Shown: positions 10,601 through 19,987 of the stretch, piece after piece
Position numbering within the stretch: position 1 is the first letter of the stretch
Layout: the number at the start of each line of letters is the position of its first letter
Source: an uncultured Fibrobacteraceae bacterium
GTDB lineage: Bacteria; Krumholzibacteriota; Krumholzibacteriia; LZORAL124-64-63
DNA: 64,000 nucleotides
Assembly: GCA_964343835.1 (NCBI GenBank)
Contig: CAYFKR010000019.1
Span: 3,952 to 67,951, forward strand
Reading direction: 5' to 3'
Position numbers and translations under genes: made by a program
Notes under the pieces: generated by a model
What the model saw: the letters and a program-made list of their open reading frames with translations, nothing else
Databases searched by the model: none
What the model was told of the DNA's origin: nothing

Positions 10601-11668
10601 GTGGGAGCATCCCGCATGCTCGGCGGTCTCGTGGGAAGGTTCCTCGCCAGGGGCGAGGAGACCTCCTTCACCGTGCCCGGCGCCCTGGGCGCCGAGAGCC
10701 GGATCCTCGCCATCGACACCGGGGACCTGAGCGACCTGCTCTTCCACGTGCCCCTGCTGCGAGCCATCCGGGAGCGGTATCCCCGCTCGAGGATCGACGT
10801 GCTGGCTCCCGAGGAGCACACCTCCCTGATCCGTGAGAGCGGGTTCGCCCGCAACTGCATCGAGTACACGGCCAAGCAGCTGCGCACCTGGACCCCCGGC
10901 TACGTGGCCCTGGCCCGCAGCATGGGCAAGCACGAGTACGACGTGTGCGTGGTGATGTCCTTCGACCCCCACCCGGCCCTGGAGGCGGTGGCCCTGGCCA
11001 GCGGCGCCCCGCTGCGGCTCGGCCCGAGCCACGACGGCTCCTATCCGGCGGTCAACTTCGAGGTCCGTTCGCCCGTGTCCGACGTCCGCTACCGCGGCGC
11101 CCGACTGGGAGCCGCCGTGCCCTTCCTGGGCCTGGGCGACGCCGCCGTGACGCCGGGTTGGCCCCTGCCCGAGGAGAAGGTCCGCCGCACGGGCCAGCTG
11201 GTCCACTTCAACAAACCCCGCAAGGATGAGATCCTGGTGGGGGTGGACCCTGCCATGGGCAAGTCCGGCTCGGCCCTGTCCCTGCCCAACCTGCACTTCC
11301 TGCTCAGCCAGCTCCACAGCCAGATGCCCGTGAGGCTGCTGCCCCTGAGCACCGACCCCGACCCGTCGCGCCTGGACGAATTCCGGGGCGGCCTGAACCA
11401 GGCCCCTCTCGACCTGCCCGGGGACAGCCTCTTCGACACCGTCATGCTCACCTCCCTGTGCGACCTTTTCCTGGCCGGCAACACCGACCTCTTCCACTTC
11501 GCGGCCGCCCAGGGCGTGCCCACCATCGGACTCTTCGTGGCGGGCGACGACGCCACCTGGGAGCCCCACGGCTACGACAACGTCCGGGTGCTGCGGGTGG
11601 CCGAGGGCAAGCGCGTCGAGGTGGACACCCTGCTCGAAGCCGTCGCCGCAACCCGGGGCGCCCGTTGA
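10601..11668 (+). CDS. Glycosyltransferase family 9 (heptosyltransferase-like), divergent paralogue 1
   Basis: ILAIDTGDLSDLLFHVPLLRAIRERYPRSRIDVLAPEEH and the C-terminal LFLAGNTDLFHFAAAQGVPTIGLF match the GT9 layout. The start (GTG 10601 or ATG 10616) is uncertain. Confidence 0.65.
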   Translation: MGASRMLGGLVGRFLARGEETSFTVPGALGAESRILAIDTGDLSDLLFHVPLLRAIRERYPRSRIDVLAPEEHTSLIRESGFARNCIEYTAKQLRTWTPGYVALARSMGKHEYDVCVVMSFDPHPALEAVALASGAPLRLGPSHDGSYPAVNFEVRSPVSDVRYRGARLGAAVPFLGLGDAAVTPGWPLPEEKVRRTGQLVHFNKPRKDEILVGVDPAMGKSGSALSLPNLHFLLSQLHSQMPVRLLPLSTDPDPSRLDEFRGGLNQAPLDLPGDSLFDTVMLTSLCDLFLAGNTDLFHFAAAQGVPTIGLFVAGDDATWEPHGYDNVRVLRVAEGKRVEVDTLLEAVAATRGAR

Positions 11669-12711
11669 AGTCCCGGCCTCGTGCCCGCCGCATCGCGGTG
11701 ATCGCTCCCAACTGGCTCGGGGACCTGGTCATGTCCACGGTCCTGTTCGAGCGCCTCGCCCGGATCGACGGCCTGGAGGTGACGGTGGTGGTGCGCCGCG
11801 CCTGGCGCTCGCTGCTGGAGACGGACGACCGCATCCACGGACTGGTGGAGTACGAGCGCGAGGGCCGCCACCGGGGATTCCTCGGCACAGCGACCCTGGC
11901 CCGGACCGTCCGGTCCCTCGAGGCCGATGCGTGCCTGGTGGTGCCGCCTTCGTTCCGCGCCGCGGCCGTAGCCGCCCTCTCGGGCACGCCGCGCCGCATC
12001 GGCTGGTCGGGGGAGGGCCGTTCCTTCCTGCTGACCGATGCCGTGCCGCGCCGGGTGCGCGGACGACGGCACTTCTGCGACGAGGTGGACGACCTGGCGT
12101 CGGCCCTCTTCGGGCACGATGAATCCGCAAGCGTGCTGCCTCGCCTGGCCGCCGCAGGGTCCTGGCCCGCTTCCGGGCACGTCCGGGGGCCGGGGACGGT
12201 GGCCCTGGCCGTGGGCGCGACCTACGGCGACGCCAAGAGCTGGCCGCCGGAGCTGGCGGCCGGATTCGCCGCCGCACAGGCAGCCCTGGGGCGCCGCGTG
12301 CTGGTGCTCGGCGATGCGGCGGCCCGGAGCCATGCGGATCGTCTGGGGAAGGAGCTGGCCGGCGGCTGGACCGACCCGGCCGACGCATCGCCCGGCGTCG
12401 TCGACCTGGTGGGCCGGACCGGCTTGCGCGAGGTCGCGGCGATCCTCAGGGATGCGGACCTGTTCGTGGGCAACGACAGCGGCCTGATGCACCTGTCGGC
12501 GTCCCTCGGCACCCCGACGCTCGGTCTCTTCGGGTCCACCAATCCGGACTGGACCAGGCCACGGGGGCCGCGGGTCGCTCACGTCGCGGTGGAAGGGTAT
12601 GACTGCAGCCCATGCCACCTGCGCGAATGCCCGCGCGACGACTTCTGCCTGGCCTCGCTTTCGCCCGAGCGCGTGGCCCGGGCCGCCGAAGACCTCCTGG
12701 AGGACGCATGA
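11665..12711 (+). CDS. Glycosyltransferase family 9, WaaF/RfaF-like heptosyltransferase, paralogue 2
   Basis: TTG 11665 overlaps the upstream stop (TTGA). IAVIAPNWLGDLVMSTVLFERL, LFVGNDSGLMHLSASLGTPTLGLFGSTNP, C-terminal CSPCHLRECP..DFCL. The upstream part of the track ORF (11458-) overlaps the previous gene. Confidence 0.75.
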   Translation: MKSRPRARRIAVIAPNWLGDLVMSTVLFERLARIDGLEVTVVVRRAWRSLLETDDRIHGLVEYEREGRHRGFLGTATLARTVRSLEADACLVVPPSFRAAAVAALSGTPRRIGWSGEGRSFLLTDAVPRRVRGRRHFCDEVDDLASALFGHDESASVLPRLAAAGSWPASGHVRGPGTVALAVGATYGDAKSWPPELAAGFAAAQAALGRRVLVLGDAAARSHADRLGKELAGGWTDPADASPGVVDLVGRTGLREVAAILRDADLFVGNDSGLMHLSASLGTPTLGLFGSTNPDWTRPRGPRVAHVAVEGYDCSPCHLRECPRDDFCLASLSPERVARAAEDLLEDA

Positions 12712-13301
12712 CGTTGCAGACCGGCATCTGGCGTGCGACGGACGAGGGTCCCGGAACCCCGAAGCGCCCGACCCTCTTCCTGGACCGGGACGGCGTGCTG
12801 GTGGAAGACGCCCACTACCTCTCGGACCCCGACCAGGTCCGTCTGCTGCCCGGGGCGGGGGAGGCCCTCGCCGCCGTCGCCGCCGCGGGGTGGCGGCTCG
12901 TCTGCGTCACCAACCAGTCGGGCATCGGCCGGGGCTACTACACCCTGGACCAGTTCGCCGCCGTCCAGACGCGGATCGACGAGCTGCTCGCCGGACACGG
13001 CGTCGCGCTGGACGCCCTCTACTACTGTCCCCACGACCCCGATTCGGGATGCGCCTGCCGCAAGCCGGGGCTCGGCATGATCGAGGCGGCGGGCCGCTCC
13101 TACGCCTGGCCCGCCGGTTCCCCCATGGTCGGAGACAAGGCCTCGGACCTGGAACTGGCCGTCGCGGCGGGCCTCGCCCCGCACCTGGTGCGGACCGGTT
13201 ACGGCGACGGGCTCGATCCGGCGGACCTGCCGCCCGGCACCCGGATTCACGACGACCTCGCAGCGGCCGTGAAGGCCGTCCTCGGCGGAGACGCCCCGTG
13301 A
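12708..13301 (+). CDS. gmhB: D-glycero-D-manno-heptose 1,7-bisphosphate phosphatase (HAD-IIIA)
   Basis: ATGA overlap at 12708. LFLDRDGVL, VTNQSGIGRG, Zn-site YYCPHDPDSGCACRKP, GDKASDLELA. Confidence 0.85.
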   Translation: MTLQTGIWRATDEGPGTPKRPTLFLDRDGVLVEDAHYLSDPDQVRLLPGAGEALAAVAAAGWRLVCVTNQSGIGRGYYTLDQFAAVQTRIDELLAGHGVALDALYYCPHDPDSGCACRKPGLGMIEAAGRSYAWPAGSPMVGDKASDLELAVAAGLAPHLVRTGYGDGLDPADLPPGTRIHDDLAAAVKAVLGGDAP

Positions 13302-14422
13302 GCTGGGAGGTGGACGGCCGGCCGCTGGAGCGGGTGCTCGTGACGCGGCTCCGCTACCTGGGCGACGTGGTCATGAGCACCGTCGTCACGGATCTGCTCC
13401 GCGCGGGAGACCCCGACCTCGACATCGGCTTCCTGTGCGAGGCCGCCCATGCCCCGGCCCTGGCATCCCAGGCGCCGTCGCTCCGGCTGCACACCCTCGG
13501 TGCGGCACGCCGCGGCACCGATGCCCGCGCCCGCGCTGGAGCCCCCGGCCGCGAGTCGGGCGGTTCGACCCTCGCCGTCCTGCGGGCGCTGCGCCAGGCC
13601 CGCTACGACGCGGTCGTCGATCTCTTCTTCAACCCCCGCAGCGCCTGGCTGCTGAGGTTCGCCGGCATGCCCGTCCGGATCTGCGGCCGCAGGAACCGCC
13701 GATCGCGCCTCTACACCCACGTGGCGGAGCGGAACGCGGAGCTGGTGCCCGAGCGCCTGGCTCCCGGCGGACTGGGGGAGCACGTGGCGCGGCTGGCGCC
13801 CCTGCGCCATGTCGAATCGGGGCTCCCGTTCGTCGAGTGGTTCACGCAGCGGAACGAGCCCGTCCGACCGGCCATCGCGCCGGAGCCGGGGGAGACCGAC
13901 AGGGCAAGGACCGTCCTGACCGAGGCCGGGGTCGACGGACCGTTCGTCGTGTTCGCTCCCGGGGCGACATGGCCCGCCAAGGCCTGGCCCGCGGAGCGGT
14001 GGCGGCAGGCGGTGGAGGCCGTCGTTCGCCCCGACCGCGCCATCGTGGTGCTCACGCCGCCCGGCGACGACGGCGGCGTGGCCGCCGCACTCGCCGGCGC
14101 CCCCTGTCGTGTCCTGCCCCTGCTCCCGCTGCCGACGGTCCTCGGCGTGCTGGACGCCGCGGCGGCCGTGCTGGCGGTGGACGGTGGCGTGCTCCATGCG
14201 GCCGTAGCCCTGGGGCGACCGACGGTGGGGCTCTTCGGACCCACCGACCCCGCCATCTGGTTCCCCTACGGGCATCTCGATGCGTGCCGAGTCCTGGCCA
14301 CGCGGCCGACCTGCCACCCGTGCGATCTCCATGTCTGCGACGACTGGATCTGCATGCCCGGGCTGACGGCGGACGAAGCGGCTTCGGCCCTGGAGGACGT
14401 GCTGAAGGAGGGGGTGTCGTGA
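13298..14422 (+). CDS. Glycosyltransferase family 9 (heptosyltransferase-like), paralogue 3
   Basis: GTGA overlap at 13298. VLVTRLRYLGDVVMSTVVTDLL, AVDGGVLHAAVALGRPTVGLFGPTDP, CHPCDLHVCDDWICM. Confidence 0.75.
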   Translation: MSWEVDGRPLERVLVTRLRYLGDVVMSTVVTDLLRAGDPDLDIGFLCEAAHAPALASQAPSLRLHTLGAARRGTDARARAGAPGRESGGSTLAVLRALRQARYDAVVDLFFNPRSAWLLRFAGMPVRICGRRNRRSRLYTHVAERNAELVPERLAPGGLGEHVARLAPLRHVESGLPFVEWFTQRNEPVRPAIAPEPGETDRARTVLTEAGVDGPFVVFAPGATWPAKAWPAERWRQAVEAVVRPDRAIVVLTPPGDDGGVAAALAGAPCRVLPLLPLPTVLGVLDAAAAVLAVDGGVLHAAVALGRPTVGLFGPTDPAIWFPYGHLDACRVLATRPTCHPCDLHVCDDWICMPGLTADEAASALEDVLKEGVS

Positions 14423-15474
14423 GCGGTCGGGTCGACATGGCCTCCCTGCGCAGCATCCTGGTGATCCGGCGTCGCGGCCTGGGGGACGCCCTCGTCTCCC
14501 TGCCCGCGGTGGCGGCCCTGGCCGAAGCGGCCCCCGATGCCCGCATCGACCTGCTCATCGATCGCCCTTTCGTGCCTCTCCTGGAGAGGGCCTTCACGAG
14601 TGGCCACGTCGTGCCGTGGCCGCCGGCCGAAGACGCCGCCGGCCCCTGGCGGGGACGGCTGTCCGGCCCTCCCTACGACCTGGTGCTGGATCTGCTGAGC
14701 ACGCCCCGCACGGCCCTCTGGACCGCCCTGAGCGGCGCCCGTCTGCGCGTGGGCTACGACCTGCCCTGGCGGCGCTGGGCCTACAACGTGCGGGTGCCGC
14801 GCAACGCCGACGCGGGCAGGCTCCTGGGGCAGTTCGCCGGCGAGAGCTTCCTGGATCCCCTGCGGGCCCTGGGCCTCGAACCCGGGCCCTGGACGCCCGC
14901 CGGAATCGGGGCTCAACGGGACGACGGTCTCGACGAAACCTACAGGACCTGGCGCGCTACGACGGCGCCCGACCCTGATCGGGACGTGGCGCTGGTGCTC
15001 AGCGCGGGTTGGCCGGCCAAGGCTTGGCCCACGGAGAATGCCGCCGGCTTCGTCGCCACGGCCCGGCGTGCAGGCGTACGCTGCATCCTGATCCCGGGCC
15101 CCGGGGACGAGGCCCTGACCGCCGCCCTCATGGCCGAAGTGCCCGACCTGGTCGTCGCCCCGCCGACCGGGCTGGTGGAACTGGCGGATCTGCTGGCGCG
15201 CTGCCGCGCCTACGTGGGGACCGACGGCGGTGCCCGGCACGTGGCCGCCTGCCTGGGGCGACCGACGTGCACCCTGTTCGGTCCCACCGACCCGTCGGGG
15301 TGGAACCGGGAGCACCCGGACCATGTTGCCGTCAGGACGGGCGAAGAGTGCTCGCCCTGCGACCTGCGGACCTGCCCCGTGCCGGGGCACCCCTGCATGT
15401 CGGGTCTGACGGCGGATGCGGTGTGGAAGGCCTGCGGCCCTCTGCTCGGATCCGGAGAGGAGGAGGAACGATGA
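14419..15474 (+). CDS. Glycosyltransferase family 9 (heptosyltransferase-like), paralogue 4
   Basis: GTGA overlap at 14419 (alternative ATG 14437). ILVIRRRGLGDALVSLPAVAAL, YVGTDGGARHVAACLGRPTCTLFGPTDP, CSPCDLRTCPVPGHPCM. Confidence 0.75.
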   Translation: MSGRVDMASLRSILVIRRRGLGDALVSLPAVAALAEAAPDARIDLLIDRPFVPLLERAFTSGHVVPWPPAEDAAGPWRGRLSGPPYDLVLDLLSTPRTALWTALSGARLRVGYDLPWRRWAYNVRVPRNADAGRLLGQFAGESFLDPLRALGLEPGPWTPAGIGAQRDDGLDETYRTWRATTAPDPDRDVALVLSAGWPAKAWPTENAAGFVATARRAGVRCILIPGPGDEALTAALMAEVPDLVVAPPTGLVELADLLARCRAYVGTDGGARHVAACLGRPTCTLFGPTDPSGWNREHPDHVAVRTGEECSPCDLRTCPVPGHPCMSGLTADAVWKACGPLLGSGEEEER

Positions 15475-16265
15475 CGCGACGCATCTTCATCATCACGGCC
15501 CTGGCCGCGGCCCTGTTCGGCATGACGCCGGTCCTGGCGACGTCCGCCGCCGAGGCCGAGGACGCCGGCCTGCGTCCCGTTCCCTTCGGCCCCGGCGAGG
15601 AGCTGGTCTTCGACATCAGCTACGGGGTGATCCATGCGGGCGAGGCGTCGCTGAAGGTGCGCGGCATCGTGGATTCCGACGGCCATGAATGCTTCCACGT
15701 GGAGAGCACGGCCCGCTCCAACCGCTTCTTCTCCACCCTCTACAAGGTGCGCGACAAGGTGGTCTCGCACTTCGAGACCGGCACGCTCCACAGCCACTAC
15801 TTCTCCAAGCGGATCCACGAGGGCGACTACCGCAAGAACGTGCAGGTGAGGTTCGACCAGGAAGCCCACGTGGCCCGCTACAAGGACGGCAAGGAGCGCG
15901 AGATCCAGCCGGCCTGCCACGACATCCTGGCCGCCTTCTACGTGGTGCGCACGCTGCCGCTGATCCCCGGCGAGCCGACCCACGTCAAGACCCACAGCTC
16001 GCGCAAGAACTACGACCTAGAGGTGATCGTGCACGGGCGTGAGACCATCGAGGTCCCCGCCGGCACCTTCGAGTGCCTCAAGGTGGAGCCGGTGATCCAG
16101 GGGGAGGGGCTCTTCCAGTTCGAGGGGCGCATCACCATCTGGCTCACCGACGACGAGCGCCGCCTGCCCGTGCTCATGAAGACCAAGGTCAAGATCGGGG
16201 CCGTGGACGCCGCCCTGAAGTCGTTCGCTGCCGTGGAGCCCTGGCGACCCCGGGAGTCGCCGTGA
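15471..16265 (+). CDS. Secreted DUF3108-family protein
   Basis: ATGA overlap at 15471. Signal peptide MTRRIFIITALAAALFGMTPVLATSAAEA. LVFDISYGVIHAGEASLKV...STLYKVRD...S.F...T...H.F.K..HEG and the ...TIWLTDDERRLPVLMKTKVKIGAV pattern are typical of DUF3108. Confidence 0.7.
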   Translation: MTRRIFIITALAAALFGMTPVLATSAAEAEDAGLRPVPFGPGEELVFDISYGVIHAGEASLKVRGIVDSDGHECFHVESTARSNRFFSTLYKVRDKVVSHFETGTLHSHYFSKRIHEGDYRKNVQVRFDQEAHVARYKDGKEREIQPACHDILAAFYVVRTLPLIPGEPTHVKTHSSRKNYDLEVIVHGRETIEVPAGTFECLKVEPVIQGEGLFQFEGRITIWLTDDERRLPVLMKTKVKIGAVDAALKSFAAVEPWRPRESP

Positions 16266-17857
16266 GCCGGCCCGGTCGTGAACGCGGCGGCTGGTTGCCG
16301 CCCTCGGAATGGCTGGGCGTGCCGTCGGACTCCCCCCGGACGACGGTGCTGGCGCTGGCCACGGTGCTGGCGCTGCTGCTGAGGCTGGTGTACCTGGGAC
16401 GGCATCCCCTCTGGATCGACGAGTACCTCACGTGGACCTTCCTGCATCCCGACGGCGGGGCCGGTTTCGCTGAACAGGTCATGGACGTGTTCCAGACCCC
16501 CCTGACCATCGCCGTGCTGTGGCCCCTGTCCAGGGGCGAGTGCTCCGAGTGGCTGCTGCGTCTGCCGTCGGCCCTGGCGGGGACCGCCGCGGTGCCGGTG
16601 GGCGCCCTGGTCGCCGCCCGTTTCGGCGGCCGCCGCACGGGCGAATGGGCGGCCCTGCTGCTGGCCCTCAGCCCCTTCCTCGTGTGGTTCAGCCAGGACG
16701 CCAGGGGCTACGCCTTCCAGATCCTGCTGACGGCGGCGGCGACGCTCCAGCTCCTGCGCATGATGCGGGAGGGGCCGACGACCGGCGGCGCGGTGGTCTA
16801 CGGCTGCCTGGCCGGCCTCGGCGTCCTCGCCAACAACTCCACCGTCTTCCTGGTGGCCGCCCAGGGGTTGTCGGTGGTCCTGCTGGCGACTCCCCGTGAC
16901 CGCGGGGGATGGCTGCGCTGGGCCGCGGCCTTCGGCCTGGCCGCACTGGTGGGCCTGCCCTGGCTGCTGCGGGCGGCGGGCATCCTGGAGGTGGGCCGTC
17001 TCGCCCCCGGAGCCGAGACCGGCCCGGCCCTGCGCCACGAGCCCGGCTTCACGCCCTGGGCCTGGCCCTTCACCGCCCACACCCTCGTCTACGGCTTCAG
17101 CCTGGGGCCGAGCCTGGAGGAACTGCGCTCGCCGGACCGGCTGCAGGTGGTGACGTCGTGGCTGCCGCTGCTGGCTCCGGCGGCCGCGGTGGCCGGTTTC
17201 CTGGTGCTGGGCGGTCTGAGCCGCCTCCCGCGACGATCGGCCGTGGCGGCCGTGATCTGGATCCTGGTGCCGCTGATGGCCGTCTCGTTCCTGGCGATGC
17301 GCAACGTGAAATCCTACAACCCGCGCTATCTCGCCATGATCCTGCCCGTGGTGACGATGCTGGCGGCCCACGGCGCGGCCCGGCTGCGCTACGGTCGGAT
17401 CGCCGGCGGCACCCTGCTGGTGCTGGTGCTCGTGTCCCTCGGCGGGTACCATGGCGCCGACCGTTACGCCCGGGAGGACCTGCGGGCCGCGGCGCGGATC
17501 GTGGAACAGGACGCCCGCTCCGGCGACGTGATCCTGGCGCCGCTGATCAGCGGCCTGCTCGGCCACTATCACCAGGGCCCCGGGACCATCAAGAGTTTCT
17601 GGGACTGTCCGAAGATCACCTCCGGGGAACAGGCACGCGAGGCGCTGCGCACGAGGATCGGCGACGCCGACCGGGCCTGGCTGGTGCTCAACCGGTCGCG
17701 CAACATCGACCCGGGGGACCGGCTGCCGGCAGCGCTGGAGGAACTGGGGACCGTCGTGGAGCACCGCGAGGTCCCGGGCGTCCGCCTTTACGCCTGGCGG
17801 GCGGGACGAGCGGCCCCGTCGGAAACGGATCGACCCGAGGAGAACCCGCGACGATGA
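16262..17857 (+). CDS. Polytopic membrane glycosyltransferase of the ArnT/PMT type (GT39/GT83-like, uses a lipid-linked sugar donor)
   Basis: GTGA overlap at 16262. About 12 hydrophobic segments precede a soluble C-terminal domain. The N-terminal LLLRLVYLGRHPLWIDEYLTW motif is like ArnT-family enzymes. Confidence 0.7.
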   Translation: MSRPGRERGGWLPPSEWLGVPSDSPRTTVLALATVLALLLRLVYLGRHPLWIDEYLTWTFLHPDGGAGFAEQVMDVFQTPLTIAVLWPLSRGECSEWLLRLPSALAGTAAVPVGALVAARFGGRRTGEWAALLLALSPFLVWFSQDARGYAFQILLTAAATLQLLRMMREGPTTGGAVVYGCLAGLGVLANNSTVFLVAAQGLSVVLLATPRDRGGWLRWAAAFGLAALVGLPWLLRAAGILEVGRLAPGAETGPALRHEPGFTPWAWPFTAHTLVYGFSLGPSLEELRSPDRLQVVTSWLPLLAPAAAVAGFLVLGGLSRLPRRSAVAAVIWILVPLMAVSFLAMRNVKSYNPRYLAMILPVVTMLAAHGAARLRYGRIAGGTLLVLVLVSLGGYHGADRYAREDLRAAARIVEQDARSGDVILAPLISGLLGHYHQGPGTIKSFWDCPKITSGEQAREALRTRIGDADRAWLVLNRSRNIDPGDRLPAALEELGTVVEHREVPGVRLYAWRAGRAAPSETDRPEENPRR

Positions 17858-18555
17858 CCCGGAAGGGCCACACCACCTGCGCCTTCGCCGACCACGGCGG
17901 ATACGACGCCTTCATCGGCACCGACCCTGAGGGGCCGGTGCCCGGCCGCAGTCGCCTCTACGACGCCGTCAAACGGCTCATCGACATCGGCGGCGCCACG
18001 GTCGGCCTGCTCCTGCTCATGCCCCTCTATCCGTTCCTGGTCCTGCTCATCAAGCTGGACTCCCCGGGGCCCCTCTACTTCCGTCAGCGTCGGGTGGGTG
18101 AGGACGGCCGATTCTTCGACTGCTACAAGTTCCGCTCCATGGTGGTGGACGCCGAGGCGCGCAAGGGCGAACTGGCCCACATGAACGAGGCGTCGGGGGC
18201 TGCGTTCAAGATTCGCCGGGACCCGCGCATCACCGGTGTCGGACGCTTCATCCGCAGCAGCAGCCTGGACGAGTTCCCCCAGCTCTTCAACGTGCTCAAG
18301 GGGGACATGAGCATCGTCGGGCCCCGGCCGCAGATCCCGTCCGAGGTGGCGGAGTACACGCCCCGCCAGGCCCGCCGCCTCCAGGTCAAACCCGGCCTGA
18401 CCTGCCTGTGGCAGGTGTCGGGACGCAGCCAGCTCGACTTCGAGGAGTGGATGAACCTGGACCTCGAATACGTGCGGCGGCGCAGCCTCGGCTTCGACCT
18501 CTGGATCCTCTCGCGGACCATTCCCGCGGTCATCGAGCGCAAGGGGGCGTACTGA
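17854..18555 (+). CDS. Polyprenyl-phosphate sugar-phosphate transferase (bacterial sugar transferase, WbaP/EpsL C-terminal type)
   Basis: ATGA overlap at 17854. YKFRSM, DPRITGVGRFIRSSSLDEFPQLFNVLKGDMSIVGPRP, GLTCLWQVSGRS. Confidence 0.85.
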   Translation: MTRKGHTTCAFADHGGYDAFIGTDPEGPVPGRSRLYDAVKRLIDIGGATVGLLLLMPLYPFLVLLIKLDSPGPLYFRQRRVGEDGRFFDCYKFRSMVVDAEARKGELAHMNEASGAAFKIRRDPRITGVGRFIRSSSLDEFPQLFNVLKGDMSIVGPRPQIPSEVAEYTPRQARRLQVKPGLTCLWQVSGRSQLDFEEWMNLDLEYVRRRSLGFDLWILSRTIPAVIERKGAY

Positions 18556-18926
18556 TGCGCGGCCTCGGCGTGGACGTGGTCTCGGTGGAACGCATCGCCG
18601 GCGCCCTGGATCGGCACGGCGACCGGTTCCTGACGCGCTGCTTCCGCGAGGGCGAGATCGAGGTCCACCGGAGGCGGGGGAGGGCCGGCGTCCAGGCCCT
18701 GGCCGCCCGCTGGGCCGCCAAGGAGGCGTTCGTGAAGGCCGTGGGCGCCGCCGCCGGCGTGTTCGGCTATCGCGACGTGGAAGTGGTGTCCGGGGAATCC
18801 GGCGCCCCAACCCTCCGGCTCCACGGGGCGGCCGGCGAGGCCCTGGCCGCCACCGGCGGCGACCGCGTGATGGTGAGCCTCAGCCACGAGCGCGACGCGG
18901 CCGTGGCCGTGGTCGTGATCCCCTGA
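18555..18926 (+). CDS. acpS: Holo-[acyl-carrier-protein] synthase (4'-phosphopantetheinyl transferase)
   Basis: ATG 18555 shares one nt with the upstream TGA. GVDVVSVERI, ARWAAKEAFVKA, SLSHERDAAVAVVV. Confidence 0.85.
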   Translation: MRGLGVDVVSVERIAGALDRHGDRFLTRCFREGEIEVHRRRGRAGVQALAARWAAKEAFVKAVGAAAGVFGYRDVEVVSGESGAPTLRLHGAAGEALAATGGDRVMVSLSHERDAAVAVVVIP

Positions 18927-18942
18927 CGGCCCGACGATCCTC

Positions 18943-18971
18943 TTGCCCCTGCGGCGTCCGATCGCTACACT
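18943..18971 (+). promoter_or_regulatory. Candidate sigma70-type promoter for the phzF-like gene, ACAD and membrane cassette unit
   Basis: TTGCCC (18943-18948), 17-nt spacer, TACACT (18966-18971). Confidence 0.3.
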
Positions 18972-19013
18972 CCCGTCCGTACGCAACGCCAACCCTCTTC
19001 CTGGCGGTCCACC

Positions 19014-19943
19014 TTGGTCCGACGCGATTACCTGTTGCTGGACGTCTTCACCGACGTACCCTTCGGGGGCAGCCGTCTCGCGCTGTTCCCCGACGGACGC
19101 GGCCTCTCCACCGGCATGATGCAGATCATCGCCCGGGAGATGGGCACGGGCGAGACGGCCTTCGTCTTTCCCGACGACGACGCCTCCGCCCGCCCCGGCC
19201 TGCGCATCTTCACGCCCTCCGCGGAGATCCCCCACTCGGGCCTGTCCCTGGTGGGCGCCACCGCGGCCCTGGACAGGCGCGGCGACCTCGTGCGTGCCGG
19301 CGGCGAGACCCACGTCACCTGGAAGACCGAGGCCGGCCTGTTCCCCGTGGTCGTGGGCGACCCCGGTTCAGGCCCCCTCTATTCCCTCGTGCTCGAGCCC
19401 GCCGAGTTCATCGGCGAGTACTACCAGCGGGGGAAGGTGGCCCGGGCCCTCGGCCTGCCCGAGCAGGAGATCGCCATCACCGGCCTGCCCTGTGAGATCG
19501 TCTCGACGGGGCTGCCCATCCACATCGTCCCGGTCGGGTCGCTGGACGCGGTGCGCGCCATCCGCCTGAGCCGGTCGTCCGCGGCGGCCATCGTCAAGGA
19601 CCTGGGCTTCGGCGACCTCTTCGTCTTCACCTGCGAGACCGAGGGCGAGGACGCCGACGTCCACTGCCGCATGTTCGCCCACGACTTCGGCATTCCCGAG
19701 GACGCCGCCACCGGTTCCGCCTGCGGCTCGCTCATCGCCTACATGGTCAAGCATCGCCTGGTGCGCCGCGAACCCCGCGTGCGCATCGTCTGCGAGCAGG
19801 GCCTGGAGATGGGCCGCCCGAGCCGCCTGGTCGTGGAGGCCGACGTCTCCGACGACCGCGTCCGCTCCATCCGCGTGGGCGGCACCTGCGTGACCGTGGG
19901 CGAGGGACGACTCGAATTCGACGCCGACGCCGTCGTCGGCTGA
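19014..19943 (+). CDS. PhzF-family isomerase-like protein
   Basis: LLDVFTDVPFGGSRLALF, GETAFVF, EDAATGSACGSLIAYM. TTG start as in the track (uncertain). Confidence 0.8.
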   Translation: MVRRDYLLLDVFTDVPFGGSRLALFPDGRGLSTGMMQIIAREMGTGETAFVFPDDDASARPGLRIFTPSAEIPHSGLSLVGATAALDRRGDLVRAGGETHVTWKTEAGLFPVVVGDPGSGPLYSLVLEPAEFIGEYYQRGKVARALGLPEQEIAITGLPCEIVSTGLPIHIVPVGSLDAVRAIRLSRSSAAAIVKDLGFGDLFVFTCETEGEDADVHCRMFAHDFGIPEDAATGSACGSLIAYMVKHRLVRREPRVRIVCEQGLEMGRPSRLVVEADVSDDRVRSIRVGGTCVTVGEGRLEFDADAVVG

Positions 19944-19987
19944 ACCCTGAACCGACAACGACAGCACTGCTGACTCCCGGAGGAGCC

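Noticed and set aside
12599-15474. Long N-terminal extensions of track ORFs 12599..14422 and 13435..15474 (and similar ones at 11458, 15009, 16073, 16909, 20977, 22863, 23984, 30404, 33207, 50442, 56024, 57484, 60577)
   Set aside because: The extensions overlap the preceding recognisable gene in another frame and translate to Arg/Pro/Gly-rich filler. In each case a GTG, ATG or TTG that overlaps the upstream stop gives a family-typical N-terminus.
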